From Octopus sinensis (taxonomy: Eukaryota), in contig NC_042997.1 of assembly GCF_006345805.1 (NCBI RefSeq), forward strand, positions 45,446,001-45,510,000: 64,000 bases of DNA. The letters run 5' to 3'. The notes beneath the pieces are model-generated. The model worked only from the letters and a program-made list of their open reading frames with translations, made no database searches and was not told where the DNA came from. Below are positions 52,475-64,000 of the stretch, one piece after another. The position numbers were made by a program, and so were the translations under genes. The number at the start of each line of letters is the position of its first letter. The first letter of the stretch is position 1.

Positions 52475-52580
52475 TAGAGAATTGCAATAAATAGTCGGAA
52501 ACTGAAGACAGACCTCTTGAACACCTGCCTGTATACTAAACTTGTTATCAAAGTGAAAATGTATTGGCGACAACAAAAGC
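52475..52580 (-). CDS. Most upstream supported exon of the minus-strand gene (LLLSPIHFHFDNKFSIQAGVQEVCLQFPTIYCNSL)
   Basis: Acceptor gtatcttgtctcaag and donor gtcagt. 35 open codons ending in phase 0, matching the 49419 exon. Confidence 0.62.
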
Positions 52581-55500
52581 CTTGAGACAAGATACAAACA
52601 TATAAATTAAGATATTTCTTATTATACTGTAATGTTATTTTTTCATTTCTTTGTTTTATGTCTATTTGTCTATAGTGGCAAAGATTAGACAAATACATAT
52701 TATTGAGGCCTTGTTTTTATAGTCAGATGACTTTTTTGTTACTAACCCTTTTCAGTTATTCAAGTATAAGAGTTTCCATTCTATGTGTTTTTGAAAATGC
52801 AGATCTATCAGACATTTCGTTAATAAGGAAATGTTAAAAATCACTACAGCACAGTGAATTTTGAAAGCCGGTCTGAATGTAAACATTCCTCAAAAAGAAT
52901 ATATAAGAATATACACAGGCATTTACATTTACTATGCACATGCATATACAATGGGCTTCATACAGTTTCCATCAAAGTCACTCACATCAAAGACACAAAA
53001 CCACACACATACTAAAATATTTGAACTCTTGCTGATCAAACTAATTTTAGCAAGTCATAGTAAGAATACAGTGGAACAGTTTACAGTTGCCCATAACAAG
53101 ATTGAAATTTAACCCCACAAGTTCATTACTGCTCACTGATTATACTTTTACTGCTTGTAGAAATGACAATTTCATATATAGAGAACTTATTTATGACAAA
53201 GCAAATTAAAGCACAGAATTTAAATAACTTGACCATGGACAGTAAACGGTTTGATTTCAGCCACAGACTGTGGACTAAGGTTTAGTTGTTTTATTTGCTT
53301 TTGGACTATATCAGTATAATATCAGTATAACGATAAAACATCTTTAATGGACATGTCAAAGGCTGATTTTAAGGTGTCCATCTTGAATAGTTTAGGTTGA
53401 CAGTAATCATTTCCATACTAAAGTGAGTTATATTCTGACTCTATTCTATTGTTCTTTTCAAATAATGACTCAGAAAATTAGTCAGCAGACACACACTGAG
53501 TCTGGTGGGAAGAAGCAGAGGGGGGTAGTCAACAGCTACAGTAACTGACAGCCCTTTAGCCAGAAGTCTGACACCCCCTCCCCATAATCAACACTATAGC
53601 TGTGATCAATTAATAATTTCCTCATTAATAATTTACCATTTATAGGAAACAAGTGTATTGAATGATTTCACCATATGACAAAGTAATTAAAAAGATTATT
53701 AAAAGAAATTCTTGTATCCACCTCTACTTTTTATATTTTAGTCACTGTGACCACAATACTCAATTAGTTGTTTGAGCTTCACTGAGTAAATTAAGAGAAA
53801 ACAGCAAATCAGGAGTATGTTGATTATATTATGTTGACAAAATATAATTGAATAATTTGAAAGAGAAGAGAGAAAAAAAGTTACATATCAATATAATTTC
53901 TATTGCTTGAGAGTGTATCTAATTGCTTATTTTCACTTGTTAATCCAAACAGCAGTAACATAAGCATCTGTGCATAGTTTAGTGAAATGAACCATGAGAC
54001 AAGAAAATAAATACACAGACACAAAAAAAGAGAGAAAAAAAAGAAAGACTATGTGGATGGGTGGAATAATTATTTTTATAAGTTACAGCTACATGCATCT
54101 GAGAATTTGTGCAATAGGATAAAAAATAGAAAAAAAAAACTGAAAATATGGACATTTGTTTATTTAACAGACAAAGAAAAGCTTCCATTGATTTGTATTT
54201 CTCTTTCAACATACTTTTTTTTATGTCTGTGTTTCCTGTTACTGGTATATTATAGGGCTAACTTAGATGTTAGCATACATGGTCATGAAAATACTAGCCA
54301 TTCCACCAAATAGAGAACAATTTTCATAGTTCTAATTATTCACTTATGATGAATGTGATGGAATGTTTTCTATTATTATTATTTTCATTTTATTCACTTA
54401 CTTTTTTTTTGTTTTTCATTTGCTTTTTAGCTTTTGTTTTTGTTTTTGCAATATACAAAAGCATTGCAGTTGTTTAGTCTCAAAACAGCTCTGATCTATT
54501 TGATCATGTCTGCCTTGGGGCTAAAAAACTGAAATTTATGATCAAAAGTGTTCCAGCTATGACTCTCCATGTCTTTTTGTATACCAAGAGCTACATTATC
54601 TAAAATGTCCTGCATTTTTTTTTTTTTTTTTCATGAAGGTATGGTGTGATTTAAGAGACATTTGGTAGCTATTTCTATCAAGTGATCAATGAGACTGCCC
54701 TACCTGACCAAGTCCCCTAAAAAGCAAAATCTGTGACAGTCACACAGGCAGAAGATGCTGAAGCAAGTTGAGAGTGAGGGTCAATTAACCAAGAAAAATA
54801 AAATGAAGAGAGAAACGTGCCTAGGTAGTGGCAGCAGCAATGGAGACTACTGACGCGCCACCTGCTGTATAGGTGGAAGAAGCAGGGCAGCAACAACAAC
54901 TGGTGTTCACATGAGATAGATGAGATGGTGACACACAGCTATGGCATCTGACATGTACACTCCCTATGAGGCTTTTAGATGTGTGATTCTATCAATAAAC
55001 AGAAGCAAAGTGTGTAACATCTACAAATAGTCTTTGATAATCTCATCCAAATGACATTTTCATGACTTATATTTGTTATTTCAAACTCCTAACTTTTCAT
55101 TTCTTCAGATTTAATGAAATAAGTTGATTTAATAATTCAGTGATTGGCAAAGTCATTAGAGCATGTGACAAAATAGAATTATTTAGTTATGAGTTCAAGT
55201 CCTGTCTAGATCAACTTTGCTTTCATTCTTCTGAAACCAATAAAATAAAGTACCAGGCAAATTCTAAGCTTGATTTAATATTCCTTTAAATCTTCCAAGA
55301 TTTGAATGGAATTGTAACATGATTACAACCACTCTTAGAGAAATTTATTTGATGTTGTGCCTGGTCAAAAGAAATCAATATCTTCAATGATTCCTACATG
55401 AACTTTAAAAAACAAAAAGGAAAACAAAAATTTATATCTTAATTGCAGAAGGTGCCTTTTTACTTTCTGAAACCTTTTTTTCTTTTTTTATAATTAATAT

Positions 55501-57029
55501 TGAAGACATAAAAGCACTAGACTAAGTAAACTAAACCAAAACAAATTTATGTAACTTTTTCAAAGGAAAAACCAAAGTCTTGTGATCTTATCCACCATAC
55601 CTCAACACTCAGAGCACCTTTACATAATCACTGCTGGCCTTTGCTATGCAACAAACCATATCAGATGTTAAATTTTGGAGATTTCCATACCCTAATATGA
55701 AACGAAGACCACTCAACTACAGCAGTGATATTGGCAAGAGAGATACAAGAAGTTGAGGACCTACCAAAGCTAATTGGGGCCAGAGATTCCTGACACGGTA
55801 CTATGAAATGTATCTTGGTTGTGACTGCTTAAAGAGGACATTCTCACTTAACCTGCTAGAAATAAAGGTCACATCTAACCAACCCCAAAACAGGCAATGT
55901 TAAATTATGTAGTTGCAGATATACAAAAAAAAGAAATTATAATGGTCATAGATGTAATGGTTTTAATAATAAGTTAGATCCCTCACTGTTGACCAGAGAC
56001 TGAACAAAAAACATAGTTCACAAGTCTAGCATATCTACAAGAACACACGTTCAATTCTACATTTTGAGTATATGATGAAGGCATATACTTTTATTCTTTT
56101 CTATACTTGTTTCAGCCATTGAAGGTTTAATGATCAAACTGGCCCTAGTATTTGTTTTAAATCTACCACTTACTCCATCAGTCTTTTCTTTTTTTTTTTT
56201 TTGCAAACCATTAAGTTACAGGGATGTAAACAAACCAGAACTTGTTGTGCAGTGCACATGTATACGTGCACACACACACACGTATGATGGGCCGGCATAC
56301 AGTTCTTATCTACCATATTCACTCAGAAAGCATTTGTTGGTCCAAGGCTACAGTTGAAGACACTTACCCAAGGTGCCAAAGAGAGGGCCAGAGCCCTAAA
56401 CCACAAGGTTGCAAAATAAGCTTAACCACATACAGCAATAACTGTGCCACACAATTTTTGCCCAACCAATTTCCTTCACAGGGCACTTTCTAAAGTTGCG
56501 AAGTAACGGGATTGAACTTGGGACATCAGGATTGCAATGTGAACCTTGCAACCATTTGAACATGCCTGCATCCATTTTACTTCAATAATCTAGAAGCAAT
56601 GCAATACTAAGTTTACCAGAATTATTACTGAAGTATCAAGAAACAACAATTAAGCAACAGTTGTTTTAATATAGAGCTAATAATGGTTATTGTTAAGAGA
56701 GTTTGAAATTTGCCAGAGCCAGTATTAAGGTTTTGGTTTCTTGTAAACATAAATTTCTCAAATCTTTCCGTTTTAGTTGAAATAGTTCTAGATAAACAAA
56801 TAGTCAAAACACAATTAAAAAAGCAGAAATAATTTATCTACAAAATGGAAGCATATCCCATAACACTTTAATTACCGAAACGTAAATAACTGAGATAGTA
56901 CGGTGTTACTCATTGGATTGAAACATGTACTGATAACTCAAAAGTATACATGAATGTATGAAATTATATGCTTTAATGTATGTATGTGGACATTGTGCTC
57001 CCGCTCTCTCTCTCCCTATATATGTATGT

Positions 57030-57230
57030 ATGTATAGTTGAAATTTACAGAAAAACAAAAGATGAAGACAGGTGTATAAACAACAAGCAGGTGTATTAGG
57101 TTGAAGCTCAGGAAGGTGAGAAAGTCTTTTATGTTTCAAGTCTACACTCTTCAACAGACAGGAACATGAGGAAATAAACAGAGAGAATAAAAAACTTTTG
57201 GAGTTAGCGGTCAATTGTGGCGACTGGTTG
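57030..57230 (-). mobile_element. Probable Penelope-like terminal fragment
   Basis: Minus-strand ctgttga-a-gagt(gtag)actt-gaaac-ata resembles the 42-kb motif. Adjacent to a GT-rich tract. Confidence 0.4.
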
Positions 57231-58034
57231 ACCAAAGGTAGTTAGTCAGGAGAGCTAGGAACAAGGGGAGATAATAAAGTACTGGTGATCCCAAAACAAA
57301 GGTGGGCTTGTGTGTGAGTGTGTAAGTGTGTGCATGTGGATAGGCGCTGGTGACTTTGATGCATGGATGTGTGCGTAAGTTTGTGCATCTGTAATGTGTG
57401 TGTGCTGGGAAGTGATCAGTGCTAGTGTGTACAGAGTGGTGTGAGGATGATGTGATGCGGTGTGGTGCTGTTGGGATGTGAGGATGGGGTGTGGGTTTGG
57501 GTGAGGATGTGGGGTATGTGGGAGTGGGATGTGTGGGGTGGATGGAGGGGTAGCAATGAAGGGAGAAGGAGCAAAGAGAGAAGATTAAATCCTGTTCCCA
57601 GTGAAGGTGGGAGTCAGGATGGCCCCTGTGCAAAGACAATCCGAACACATACAAGTGTTGTAATGAATGACCAGCAGAGTAGAAATGGTGTGAGACCAGG
57701 AGACTAAATTATATACATATATATGTATATTGCTTTTCTAGATCCTGAGGCAAGTATATGTGTGTGTATCACAACTGTCTGACAAATGGCAACTTGAAAC
57801 TCTGAGTAACATTTCAGTGATAATTTTGCGACTGTAATAAAAAGTATATAACTCTACCTTTGGTATTCGAGTACTATTTTTTCCACCTTGTTTTACACTA
57901 ATGTGTTCAAATGTATATATATATGTATGTATCTGTAAGAGTGTATGAATACAAATAAAAATAGACACACACACATATGTGCATGGTTGCATGTATGCAC
58001 ATGGCTGCATAACACTATGTGTGTATGTGTGTGC

Positions 58035-58070
<36 letters not shown>

Positions 58071-58332
58071 AGGTTCTATATGTGGATGGTTTTCTATATA
58101 TATAGAAAAGCATCCACATATAGAACCTTAAACACACACACATACACACACCACAACACACATATATATATATATAATACATAGAGTGTAAATTTGCATG
58201 CATATATGTATCTAAGACATGTGCATGTGTGTCATATGGTATTAAAACATCTATACACATCATTTACGTCAGTGTAAGCACCTAATATCTCTGCTTATAT
58301 GTATACATGCCTTTTCCTTCTGCATGTGTATG

Positions 58333-58365
<33 letters not shown>

Positions 58366-58657
58366 ATGATGCAGCCTTCTGGCTTCCCAGATACCGGTCG
58401 AACCGTCCAACCCATGCTAGCATGGAGAACGGAAGTTAAACGATGATGATGATGATTATACATACATACACATATGTGAATATATGCATGATATAAATGT
58501 ATGTGTGTTTGTGTGCGTGTGTACATAAATATATATATTATATATATATATATTATATATATAATATATATTTGTGCGTGTGTCTGTGCATGTATTGGGG
58601 CATGCTTGTGTTTGCAAAGGTAAATGTATCTACAATACACAATTGAAGAGATTACAC

Positions 58658-58690
<33 letters not shown>

Positions 58691-59938
58691 AATGGTCGGC
58701 TACATTTCAGGAGCATCAAAGAAAGACAACTGATAAAAAGACAATAAAATTGTTAATCACAAAATTATCTCATACGTCTGTATTAACAGCCTTTCTGGCA
58801 ACATTTTATCTCACTGTCACCTCCTGTTCTGTTGTGTGTTAATTTCTCCCATCTGCTACCAAATATAACATGCCCATCATGTTAGTCTAGACATCCCCAT
58901 TACAGGGAATTCTGTCATTTTTTCAACATGATACAGTTACATATAAATTTATACTTGAACAGAAACAAGTATGTTTCTCTTGACAGCCTTTTCATGGTTG
59001 TATAACATGCTAAAATAGCAGTCAAGGCTCTCTCAAATCACACTTTACTGTTCTTACAAGAAAAAACCGACACATTGATAATAATGTGTTCTTGGTTTCC
59101 TTACACAAAATGAAAAACAAAGAAAAAAAATTGATAGAACATGGTTAGAATGCCTATAATCATAATTTTGCTCCATCAGGATTGGCCTGGACCTAAACAA
59201 TGACTAATCTTGAAGAAAGATTATTAAAAGTAAATACTAATGTAATATACATGTTTGTGTGAATGCATATTTGTATATGTTTATGTAGGTGTAATGTATC
59301 ATCATCATCATCATTTAACAACCATTGTCCATGCTGGCATGGGCTGGACGGTCTGACAGGGCTGGAACAATCTGATTTGGCATGGTTTTCTATGGCTGGA
59401 TGCCCTTCCTAATGCCAACCACTCCGAGAGTGTAATGAGTGCTTTTATGCGCCACCAGTACAGGTACCATTTGCATGACACTGGTATCTGCCACGACTGC
59501 AATTTTGCTCAGCTTGATGGGTCTTCTTCTAAAGCATAACATAACGCCAAAAGGCCTTGGTCATTGCCCCCATGAAGCGCAACACCCGAAAGGAACTCTG
59601 TCACTTTGGCTCCATGAGGCCCAATGCTCAAAAGGAACTTGGCCACCTCACCTCCATGAGGCCTGCTTGAAAGAAACTCAGCCACCTTACCTCCGTGAAG
59701 CCCAACACTTAAAAGGAACTCAGTATGTTGGTAGATATTTGTACGTGTCTTATACACTCAGCTAGAAGCATTATACAACCAAACTAGATGCTTATACACA
59801 TACAAACATACTTCCACAGCCAAAGTCACATCTACACACATGCTCACCAACACCCACTCACATAAATATGAGAAGTAACAGAGTGAAAATAAATTGAATT
59901 GTTATATTCGCATATACGTATTTATGTATGTGTGTATG

Positions 59939-59980
<42 letters not shown>

Positions 59981-60008
59981 TGCATACATACATACACACA
60001 CTTGTATG

Positions 60009-60048
<40 letters not shown>

Positions 60049-60705
60049 AAATGTTAAGAAATTTACATGAAGCATAATAAACATTTATGAAATGTCAAAG
60101 TGGCACAGAAATAAATTTTGAATGACTTTCAAAATTCATAAGAAAACAGTATTTGACAATTGTCAGAAAATACATTCTTTCTTCTTTAAGTCCTGTCTGT
60201 ATTGTATAAATAGAAAGGCAGCACCATCATATCATACAGAGGGATGGAAAAAGCGGAGAAGTGGAAGGTAGAGACAAGGAAGAGGTGAGAGGGAGGTGGT
60301 GACAATAATTGGGAAAGAGAGAGAGAGAGAGAGAGGTTTTAATACAGAAAACTAGAGTGGGAGAAAAGATGAGGAGGAAGTTATAACAAGATATGAGAAA
60401 GGAAGGGGGAAAAATTGAAAAGAAAGAAAATTAGTTGGAAAAAGCTGGAAAGGAGGAAAAGTAGGGAAAGTGGAAAGGGTAGGGCAGGAGATGAAGGTGA
60501 AGAAAGAATGGGAAACTGAAATAAAGAACCAAAATGATAGGAAATACTAATTAAAAGGTAGAAGAAAGAAAACAAGTTGGGGGGGGGAGTAAAAAAGAGA
60601 TTTAACTGACAGGTAAAAGAATATTTTTGGTTATTTAGTTTCAGGACAAGCCTGATCAAGTGCAGCTCTGATGAAAAAGACATTCTAACCATGACAATCA
60701 TTATC

Positions 60706-60953
60706 TTTATTTTCTACTTGTTTCACTCGTTAGACTATGGCTATGCTGGGGCACTGCCTTGCTTGAAGAATTTTAGTTGAACAAATCAACCCCAGTTCTT
60801 TTTTTTTCTTTTTAAGCCTGGCACTTTGATCCTATTGGGCTGTTTTACCAAACTGCTAAGTTACAGGGATGTAAACACACCAACACTGGTCGTCAAGTGG
60901 CAGTGGGGGACAAACACAGATACAGAAACACACACAACTTACATATGTGTGTG

Positions 60954-61010
<57 letters not shown>

Positions 61011-61060
61011 CAAACATATATACATACATATATATATATATATACATACATACATGCATG

Positions 61061-61143
<83 letters not shown>

Positions 61144-61294
61144 ATGACAAGCTTCTTTCAGTTTCTGTGTACCAAATCCACTCACAAGGCTTTGGTTGGC
61201 CCAAGACTTTAGTAGAAGACACTCAAGGTACCATGCATTGGGACTGAACCCAGAATCATGTGAAAGGGAAGCAAACTTATAACCAGACAACCAT
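60706..61294 (-). mobile_element. Family A SINE, diverged, with an expanded internal microsatellite
   Basis: Tail and body at 60706-60930, microsatellite to about 61141, head to about 61294. Confidence 0.8.
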
Positions 61295-61954
61295 TTTTTC
61301 AAAGTGTCTCTTTGACATTAGTCTGTATGAATGAGCCAGCAGTCCTTGAGATCTGAGGCAATTTGGTTGCTGTTCCTGATAAGTTGAGAAACCTCCACCT
61401 CCACCACCTCCACATCACCCCACAAAAAAAAAAGAAAAGGGGAGGGAAAAAAAGAGAAATCGGAGGATAAATTTGTTTATACATCACAGCCAGTTCTTAC
61501 ACAGGACACTATCGTCAGTGTTCTGCAATTAACCAAGCGAGTGAAAAATAGGATAGAGTAAAACTGTAGGAAAGACATGGGCGAACACAACAACAACAAC
61601 AAAAAAGCAACATTATATTCAAGATTTCATAAAGTCACACACACACATAAGGCCATTATAGCACAAAAGAAGTCTGTCTCTACAGATTGGCACATTAGAG
61701 ACAGATATACTGGAAATGGTTTTAGGTTTCCTCTGGTTGTTTTGTGTATCACATCTTCTGGACAATGGCATCATTGGATGGAGGTTTTCAACAAGCCAAT
61801 CACTAGTTTGCTGCCTTTCACGATGATGGTGACAAGGGAATGTCAGTAAAACTTGAGTAGAACAAATATCTTAAGGGACTTTGAAGCACTACTTTATTGA
61901 TTTCTTCAATAATGTTTACATCTTTCATCAATATATATATATATATATATATAT

Positions 61955-62238
61955 GTGGAGGCGCAATGGCCTAGTGGTTAGGGCAGCGGACTCGCGGTTG
62001 TAGGATCGCGGTTTCGATTCCCAGACCGGGCGTTGTGAGAGTTTATTGAGCGAAAAGACCTAAAGCTCCACGAGGCTCCGGCAGGGGGTGGTGGCGATCC
62101 CTGCTGTACTCTTTCGCCACAACTTTCTCTCACTCTTTCTTCTGTTGGCCTGCTCGCTTAGCCAGCAGGGTGGCGTCATTTGAAGGCTAAAACAATGCGA
62201 AGCGCATTGTGACCAGCGATGTGTAACAACATCAGATG
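61955..62238 (+). mobile_element. Family D tRNA(Arg)-like SINE with a third tail type
   Basis: Head nearly identical to 7412 (ggacTCGcgg anticodon-like arm). The 3' part is unrelated to the 7412 and 37474 tails. Confidence 0.88.
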
Positions 62239-62253
62239 GCCTGGTCGGTGACG

Positions 62254-62288
<35 letters not shown>

Positions 62289-62370
62289 TTATAGATGCAT
62301 GTACATTCATGCATGCACACACGTCTACACATGTCTACACATATATACACACACACACATGAATCCATAC

Positions 62371-62680
62371 ATGAAGGTGCATGGCTCAGAGGTTAGAGTG
62401 TCAGGCTCATAATCATGAGGTAGTGAGTTCGAATCCCAGACCAGGCTGTGTGTTGTATTCTTGAGCAAAACACTTTATGTCATGTTGCTCCAGTTCACTC
62501 AGCTGTAGAAATGAGCTGCAATGTCACTTGGCTAACGTTGGTGGCATGGAGAGGTGGGGCTGGGTCGCATGGGTGACTACTGGTCTTCCATAAACAACCT
62601 TACATGGATTGTGCTTTGGAGGGTAACTTTTTAGGTGCAATCTCATGGTCAATCCTGACCAAAAGGGGGTCTTTACCCTT
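62371..62680 (+). mobile_element. Family C CORE-type SINE
   Basis: Homologous along its length to 8086-8428. Confidence 0.85.
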
Positions 62681-62724
62681 TATACACACACACGAACATA
62701 TATATATATACACACATATATACA

Positions 62725-62760
62725 CTAGCTGAATAGTCTGTTGTTGCCAGGCAATTTTTA
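62725..62760 (-). mobile_element. Possible Helitron 3' end
   Basis: Minus strand ttgcctggcaacaacagactattcagCTAG|t; the 5' end was not located. Confidence 0.3.
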
Positions 62761-63375
62761 CAATAGAATGTCTTATATAAATTTTTATTTATTCCATATC
62801 AGAGTATGCATTCCCTGACAGAAGCCTCTTGATCAGGACAGATTTGTGCAATTTTTCACCAAAAAAATTTGAGGATTTTTTTCCTTTTTAAATTATTAAT
62901 ATGTCTGTTCAACCATTTCACATGACTTCATTCAATAAAACTTCAGAAATTCTTACAACTTGGTCATCATAATACTTTGCTTTTGTTTGTTTAATAAAAG
63001 TTCCTCCTCCTAATGATTTTGCTTTCATTTTGTGATAGACAGCTATCATACAGAAAATGCCAGCTTCCAAATTTTGTTTTCTGATTAGGTAAAATTGATT
63101 AAACTTTAAAACCACAGTAATATTTTTCTGCAACTTTTTGGAACAAATAAATGCAAAATCGGATATAATATGGAAAATTATTTCAGTATACCAAATTTGG
63201 AAATTTTGACAATTTTAAAATTTCATAATATATGACAGTAACAGGGAAAACCCCATAAGAGTAGAGAGACAAACAGTTATAGGACATCACACACACACAC
63301 ACACACACATTTACAAATGTACACACGAGTTTAAAATGGTGTATAGGAGACATATGTATGTATGTATGTATGATG

Positions 63376-63417
<42 letters not shown>

Positions 63418-63710
63418 CCTTGACTTGCTTCCGTGCCGGTGGCACATAAAATGCACCAATCCGACCGTGGCCGTTGCCAGCCTCGCCTGGCACCTGTGCA
63501 GGTGGCACATAAAAAGCACCCACTACACTCACGGAGTGGTTAGCATTAGGAAGGGCATCTAGCTGTAGAAACACTGACAGATCATACTGGAGCCTGGTGC
63601 AGCCTTCTGGCTTCCCAGATCCCCAGTCGAACCGTCCAACCCATGCTAGCATGGAGAACGAACGTTAAACAATGATGATGATGATGATATATATGTATGT
63701 ATGATGTATG

Positions 63711-63759
<49 letters not shown>

Positions 63760-64000
63760 GATGTGTACAGATGAGTGTTTCTTTGTGATGGACAGCAGAC
63801 AAGCCACCTACCCCCTCTCTCCTTAAAGTTACGTATTCCTCATCCCTACTTTCTGTGTATGTGTGTGTTGTATCAGTGTATTTACAAAAGTATGTATGCA
63901 AAGTTGCATGAATATTGGTTTGTAGGTTTAGGCACTAAGAGGATAACAGACGAACAGACAGAAATTGCAATATATACACACACACACACACACATATATA

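Noticed and set aside
53161-53279. Plus-strand open segment with AG/GT boundaries
   Set aside because: Its 3' part and donor resemble the reverse of a dispersed repeat tail, and no partner exons were found.
56628-56787. Candidate upstream exon of the minus-strand gene (ORF 56625-56807)
   Set aside because: The phase fits, but the donor is weak, two frames are largely open and the peptide is uninformative; left unassigned.

Overview
AT-rich eukaryotic genomic DNA, dense in microsatellites, tRNA-derived SINEs and decayed transposons. The SINE and RTE families look like those of Octopus; this taxon call is recalled from the repeat families, not searched. Almost all ORFs in the supplied track are microsatellite or SINE artefacts. 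The window contains: (1) an unrecognised multi-exon protein-coding gene on the minus strand, traced by splice sites and consistent phases from at least 52580 down to a stop at 15045; (2) the probable last two exons of a convergent plus-strand gene (10425-10468 and 14747-14784), whose polyA signal lies about 35 nt from the other gene's stop codon; (3) a near full-length ~4.5 kb RTE-clade LINE (26318-30864) with few frameshifts, a PHD-like finger inserted in the RT, a repeat-structured 3'UTR, and a putative spliceosomal intron that would supply the missing start codon; (4) many SINEs with modular heads and tails, non-autonomous Helitrons, a long foldback element, a piggyBac-like MITE, mariner and Penelope-like relics, and one hammerhead-like motif. 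No prokaryotic-type systems, true tRNA genes or CRISPR arrays were found.
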